The position numbers and the translations under genes were made by a program. The notes beneath the pieces were generated by a model that was given only the letters and a program-made list of their open reading frames with translations, made no database searches and was not told where the DNA came from. DNA of 43,413 nt, from the IMG/VR virus record IMGVR_UViG_3300009078_000001; one strand, 5' to 3'. The first letter of the stretch is position 1. Every line of letters starts with the position of its first letter. This document shows, piece after piece, positions 40,592 through 43,413 of the stretch. This DNA is from a virus.

Positions 40592-41268
40592 TGGTATTTT
40601 ACAACCTCGAGATAAATGGCGTAATATGCCATACCTAATTGCATGGCCTTGTATTTCAGGTTAGGATACGTGCAGCCGGTAGCATCGGGCTTACCCACAT
40701 TAACCAGCGCCTCGTCATAGGTTTCGCCCCAGACTTCCTTAAAGGCAGAGTCTGCAAGCGATTTCATTAAGTCATTGGCACTTTCCCAATCGGTATGCTT
40801 CCATGTTCTGATAACGGATTGCGCCGTGTAGAATAGCGTGCAGGCGTTGCGCACACCGTAGATACCCATTACCTTTGATTCCACATCCGCGATAAACGCC
40901 TCTTTGTTAAAGGGGACAAAGGCGGGCTGCTCTACTTCAGTCTCTGTGGATTCGCCCGTAGGTTCTGTAGGTTTAGCTACAGGAGTTGTTACTTCATATC
41001 CTGGCTCTACCGTGCCAGCCTGAATACCAGCTATATTCTGTTCTGTCTTGGATTTGATAAATCCTGCGTTTGCGATTGCGGTGATGATAGTGGGCATGTA
41101 AATTGCCAGTACACCGACCAGCCATATTACGATAGCCATGATTGCCGAGGCCACGTCTGCGTCTGCGGGGACTGTCAGCGCAGGTAAAGCAAAGTACGCC
41201 CCCACCGTATTAACAATCGCTACCCCGATTGTCAGCCATGTGCTTTTGAGTTTAGTTTGAGTTTCCAT
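40588..41268 (-). CDS. Membrane-anchored protein (about 3 TM segments, a Thr/Glu/Pro linker, and a ~110-aa C-terminal globular domain)
   Basis: 226-aa ORF. Hydrophobic segments lie in residues ~10-75. Confidence 0.75.
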   Translation of the reverse strand: METQTKLKSTWLTIGVAIVNTVGAYFALPALTVPADADVASAIMAIVIWLVGVLAIYMPTIITAIANAGFIKSKTEQNIAGIQAGTVEPGYEVTTPVAKPTEPTGESTETEVEQPAFVPFNKEAFIADVESKVMGIYGVRNACTLFYTAQSVIRTWKHTDWESANDLMKSLADSAFKEVWGETYDEALVNVGKPDATGCTYPNLKYKAMQLGMAYYAIYLEVVKYQ

Positions 41269-41340
41269 ATAAACCTCCTTTTATGTTTTATGAGATAAAT
41301 GTAAGGCAGTAGATATGCGGATGATGACATGATTCATTAT

Positions 41341-41489
41341 AATGAGCGTGTGTTCACTGAAATGAGCATTTTCAACGGATGCTGAAGAAGCCTTATTCAG
41401 TGAAACGTCTCATTAAACGTCTCAATAATGTCTCACCTTGAGACGTTTATCGGACACAATGAGCATTAATTATGTTCTATCGGACACAA
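41341..41489. promoter_or_regulatory. Repeat-dense operator or iteron-like region
   Basis: AAACGTCTCA at 41403 and 41415, and AATGTCTCA at 41427 (12-bp phasing). Inverted TGAGACGTTT at 41439. TATCGGACACAA at 41448 and 41478. AATGAGCATT at 41361 and 41458. TTCACTGAA (41353) pairs with TTCAGTGAA (41396). Confidence 0.6.
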
Positions 41490-41643
41490 AAGTGATATGT
41501 AAATCTAAATTAGCTTTATCTAGTATCTCCCTCGCCTCGCTTCTGGGGCATTTTAAGTAGCCAGATAGTTCCTCTTTAATTAGGCAGGGATACCCGAAGA
41601 TATGGGAGTTGTCAGAGTAAATAATCTCTTCTGTTATATTCAT
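41467..41643 (-). CDS. Small HTH-like regulator (58 aa, not in track)
   Basis: My translation is MNITEEIIYSDNSHIFGYPCLIKEELSGYLKCPRSEAREILDKANLDLHITFVSDRT*. A GGAGGA RBS precedes it. It is the first gene after the palindromic operator. Confidence 0.55.
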
Positions 41644-41711
41644 ATATCCTCCAAAGTATAATAAGGATTTTCTTATTTTACTTTACGGGCTTAAAGTATA
41701 ATATGTCGTTG

Positions 41712-41736
41712 AACTGTCAAGTTTTCTTTGACAGTT
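41712..41736. promoter_or_regulatory. Perfect 9-bp inverted repeat (candidate operator) containing TTGACA on both strands
   Basis: AACTGTCAA-GTTTTCT-TTGACAGTT. It is flanked by two copies of AAAGTATAATA (41653 and 41693). Confidence 0.55.
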
Positions 41737-41800
41737 GGATGGCTTAATCATCGGGATCAGGCAGGCAGACATGTTCTTTTTCCTGGTATCTTCCGCATAT

Positions 41801-42085
41801 TTAGCCACCTCTTGTGAGTAAAGATATTAATAACGTACTGCCATTCGTGATAGCTACGGTTAGGATTAAAATTATGATGCCGTTCTTTAATGAGATATTG
41901 CCTTTGGTTTTTTCTAAACTTATACCATTACAGGTTTGTTTCCAGTCTAAAAGGGCTTTTAGCTCTTGCCCCCTTGTGGCGCATGGCAGGGTTTTCACTT
42001 CTTTAGTCAAATTGGCGACATCATCTTTGACGCTTTCCATTGTACCCTGAAGTTTGCCAATCATGAGTTCAATAGAGTCTGCCAT
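41801..42085 (-). CDS. Small protein with a C-terminal TM segment (lysis-cluster member)
   Basis: I prefer the ATG at 42085 (MADSIELMIGKLQ...), which follows GGAGGTGA. C-terminal segment IIILILTVAITNGSTLLISLL. Confidence 0.6.
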   Translation of the reverse strand: MADSIELMIGKLQGTMESVKDDVANLTKEVKTLPCATRGQELKALLDWKQTCNGISLEKTKGNISLKNGIIILILTVAITNGSTLLISLLTRGG

Positions 42086-42096
42086 GTAATCACCTC

Positions 42097-42222
42097 CTAG
42101 AACGTACTCCAGATAGTAGGCTGTAAAAGACTTTCGATAGACGGGATTAAAAACTGGAGAACCGCCCAGTAGACTAACAGAGCGCAAAGCACAGCCGTAA
42201 AGATACGCAAAAAGTCTTTCAT
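42097..42222 (-). CDS. 41-aa TM peptide (not in track)
   Basis: My translation is MKDFLRIFTAVLCALLVYWAVLQFLIPSIESLLQPTIWSTF*. Confidence 0.45.
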   Translation of the reverse strand: MKDFLRIFTAVLCALLVYWAVLQFLIPSIESLLQPTIWSTF

Positions 42223-42223
42223 G

Positions 42224-42433
42224 CTATCCCCAGATATGAGTCATTAAACATCCGATTAAAAATACTCCCGATATGTAGTACCATCTAACTTTTAGCTTCC
42301 CGATGAGAAAACCTATTAAGAGCATTAAAATTAAGTAGAACAGCGGGAATTTCAGGAAGTCAGTTTGGATAGTTCCTGTCCACCAATTACCTTGACACAG
42401 CATAAAGTAGAAATCATGTACGGCTGTACCCAT
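42224..42433 (-). CDS. Holin-like 2-TM protein
   Basis: 69-aa ORF with two hydrophobic segments (FPLFYLILMLLIGFLIG and ISGVFLIGCLMTHIW). Confidence 0.55.
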   Translation of the reverse strand: MGTAVHDFYFMLCQGNWWTGTIQTDFLKFPLFYLILMLLIGFLIGKLKVRWYYISGVFLIGCLMTHIWG

Positions 42434-42582
42434 TAATCAGTCTTTTCCTTCTTTTGCAGATATTCCAGCACGCCCATCTTTTTGAAAATCTCTTGGGTAA
42501 CCATCTGCTCTTGATTCTTTAATTGAGCCAGTTGGTTATTCAGCTTGTTGATTTCCTTTTGGATTTCGTCTATCTCTGACAT
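42433..42582 (-). CDS. 49-aa coiled-coil peptide (not in track)
   Basis: My translation is MSEIDEIQKEINKLNNQLAQLKNQEQMVTQEIFKKMGVLEYLQKKEKTD*. TAATG overlaps on both sides. Confidence 0.5.
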   Translation of the reverse strand: MSEIDEIQKEINKLNNQLAQLKNQEQMVTQEIFKKMGVLEYLQKKEKTD

Positions 42583-42809
42583 TAAATTCCCTCCAATTCT
42601 TTGGCCTTTGTAATAGCTGCTAAGACAAAGTTTTTAATAGTGGTTTGCTGTGCTGTGGTTAAAGGGATATTCATGGAAGCATTTTTATAGGTACTCCCAT
42701 CCTCTAGCAAATACTCATAGTCCAATCTGGCTGACAGGTTTGCAGTGCCTTCCTCTGGGGTAACTACTAAAGCCAGTGGTTTTATGCCTGATATATTTAT
42801 AGTTTTCAT
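42582..42809 (-). CDS. Hypothetical protein downstream of the tail fibre (possible fibre chaperone)
   Basis: 75-aa ORF. The function is a guess from position only. Confidence 0.55.
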   Translation of the reverse strand: MKTINISGIKPLALVVTPEEGTANLSARLDYEYLLEDGSTYKNASMNIPLTTAQQTTIKNFVLAAITKAKELEGI

Positions 42810-42818
42810 ACTATCTCC

Positions 42819-43413
42819 CTATGCTGCGGCAATTAATCCGTGTGCTATCATGGCATCACGTAAAGCATCAATAACACCATCAGTTGTAGCGTCCCCTGAG
42901 TTGATTACATCATCACAGCGGGCATCCACTACCCTTGCGCCCACCACTTGAGTCCCTGCCACACTGAGAACCTTACCTGTGGGCAAATCCATACCAGTCC
43001 CGACTATGCTTAATACTTCTGCGGCTGCCGCACCTGCTATCTGTAGGTTAAAGTTTATCTCCACATCTTCAGAGCCATCCGTAGCATCGGTCAAAACAAA
43101 GTCTAAGGATGCACGTTCTTCTACTTGGCTTGCAGCGTTCCCTAAATAGACAGGAATCCCTAATCCAAAGTTTGCTGCTTCGTTATTAGTTCCTGCACCT
43201 GCCCGAAGATAGAACATATCGGTTACAGAATTAGTTGCTACTCCTGTATCATCACGGCCTATTCGTAAGTAAGGGTCTGCTGCACCTATAACTGCTGCTA
43301 CTGATACGATAGTCACGCCATTGTCCCTTGCGGTTATAAGAAAGAGGCTGTTGTCTACATTTAATGCAGAAAAGGAATTACCATTACCTATATAAAAGTT
43401 ACTAAACTGGGCT
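42819..43413 (-). CDS. Tail fibre / receptor-binding protein, C-terminal part (continuation of 1..1334 across the junction)
   Basis: Same frame as the ORF that runs off base 1. The C-terminus is ...GARVVDARCDDVINSGDATTDGVIDALRDAMIAHGLIAAA*. Confidence 0.8.
   Translation of the reverse strand, partial: AQFSNFYIGNGNSFSALNVDNSLFLITARDNGVTIVSVAAVIGAADPYLRIGRDDTGVATNSVTDMFYLRAGAGTNNEAANFGLGIPVYLGNAASQVEERASLDFVLTDATDGSEDVEINFNLQIAGAAAAEVLSIVGTGMDLPTGKVLSVAGTQVVGARVVDARCDDVINSGDATTDGVIDALRDAMIAHGLIAAA
43291..43413. repeat. End overlap (second copy of bases 1-123)
   Basis: Identical to 1..123. Confidence 0.97.

Overview
The window is a complete, circularly closed phage genome. Bases 1-123 are identical to 43291-43413, so the unique length is about 43,290 bp. 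It looks like a temperate, HK97-lineage, siphovirus-type tailed phage or an excised prophage. Almost every gene is on the minus strand, packed tightly with ATGA, TAATG and GTGA start/stop overlaps. Reading in the direction of transcription (descending coordinates): (1) A regulatory and accessory region (41800 to 37655) holds a small HTH-like ORF, repeat-rich operator or iteron DNA, membrane proteins, a 482-nt ORF-free G+C-rich island, a DUF1599/MazG-like gene, a SemiSWEET/PQ-loop-like gene and a metallophosphoesterase-like gene split by one in-frame TAA. (2) A plus-strand lipoprotein moron sits next to a tyrosine integrase (36157..37047). Beside the integrase is a hairpin/T-run element carrying an RNase P RNA P4-like 15-mer. 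(3) Early, recombination and replication genes follow: a PD-(D/E)XK nuclease, a tRNA-like gene with an aberrant anticodon region, a DUF4373 replication initiator, DnaB flanked by two beta-class DNA methyltransferases, many small zinc-ribbon ORFs, and NinG-like and MmcB-like nucleases. (4) The packaging module is TerS-like HTH, HNH endonuclease, a 450-nt non-coding candidate cos/pac region with three 42-bp-phased repeats, then TerL. TerL is interrupted exactly at its Walker A by a 7-nt stop-containing gap flanked by matched GGC codons. (5) An opposite-strand HNH homing-endonuclease cassette with its own promoter lies between TerL and the portal. (6) The structural genes run portal-MuF fusion, prohead protease, HK97-type major capsid protein, an unusually large (~5 kb) block of Ala/Gly/Thr-rich head-associated genes, connector and neck genes, two paralogous tail-tube genes, chaperones, a short tape measure, a split and duplicated distal-tail module, and a tail fibre gene that spans the circular junction. 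(7) Small membrane proteins (a holin-like cluster) follow, with no endolysin I can recognise. There is no CRISPR array, no rRNA and no reverse transcriptase. All functional calls come from motifs read by eye in the supplied translations or in my own translations. No database search was possible.
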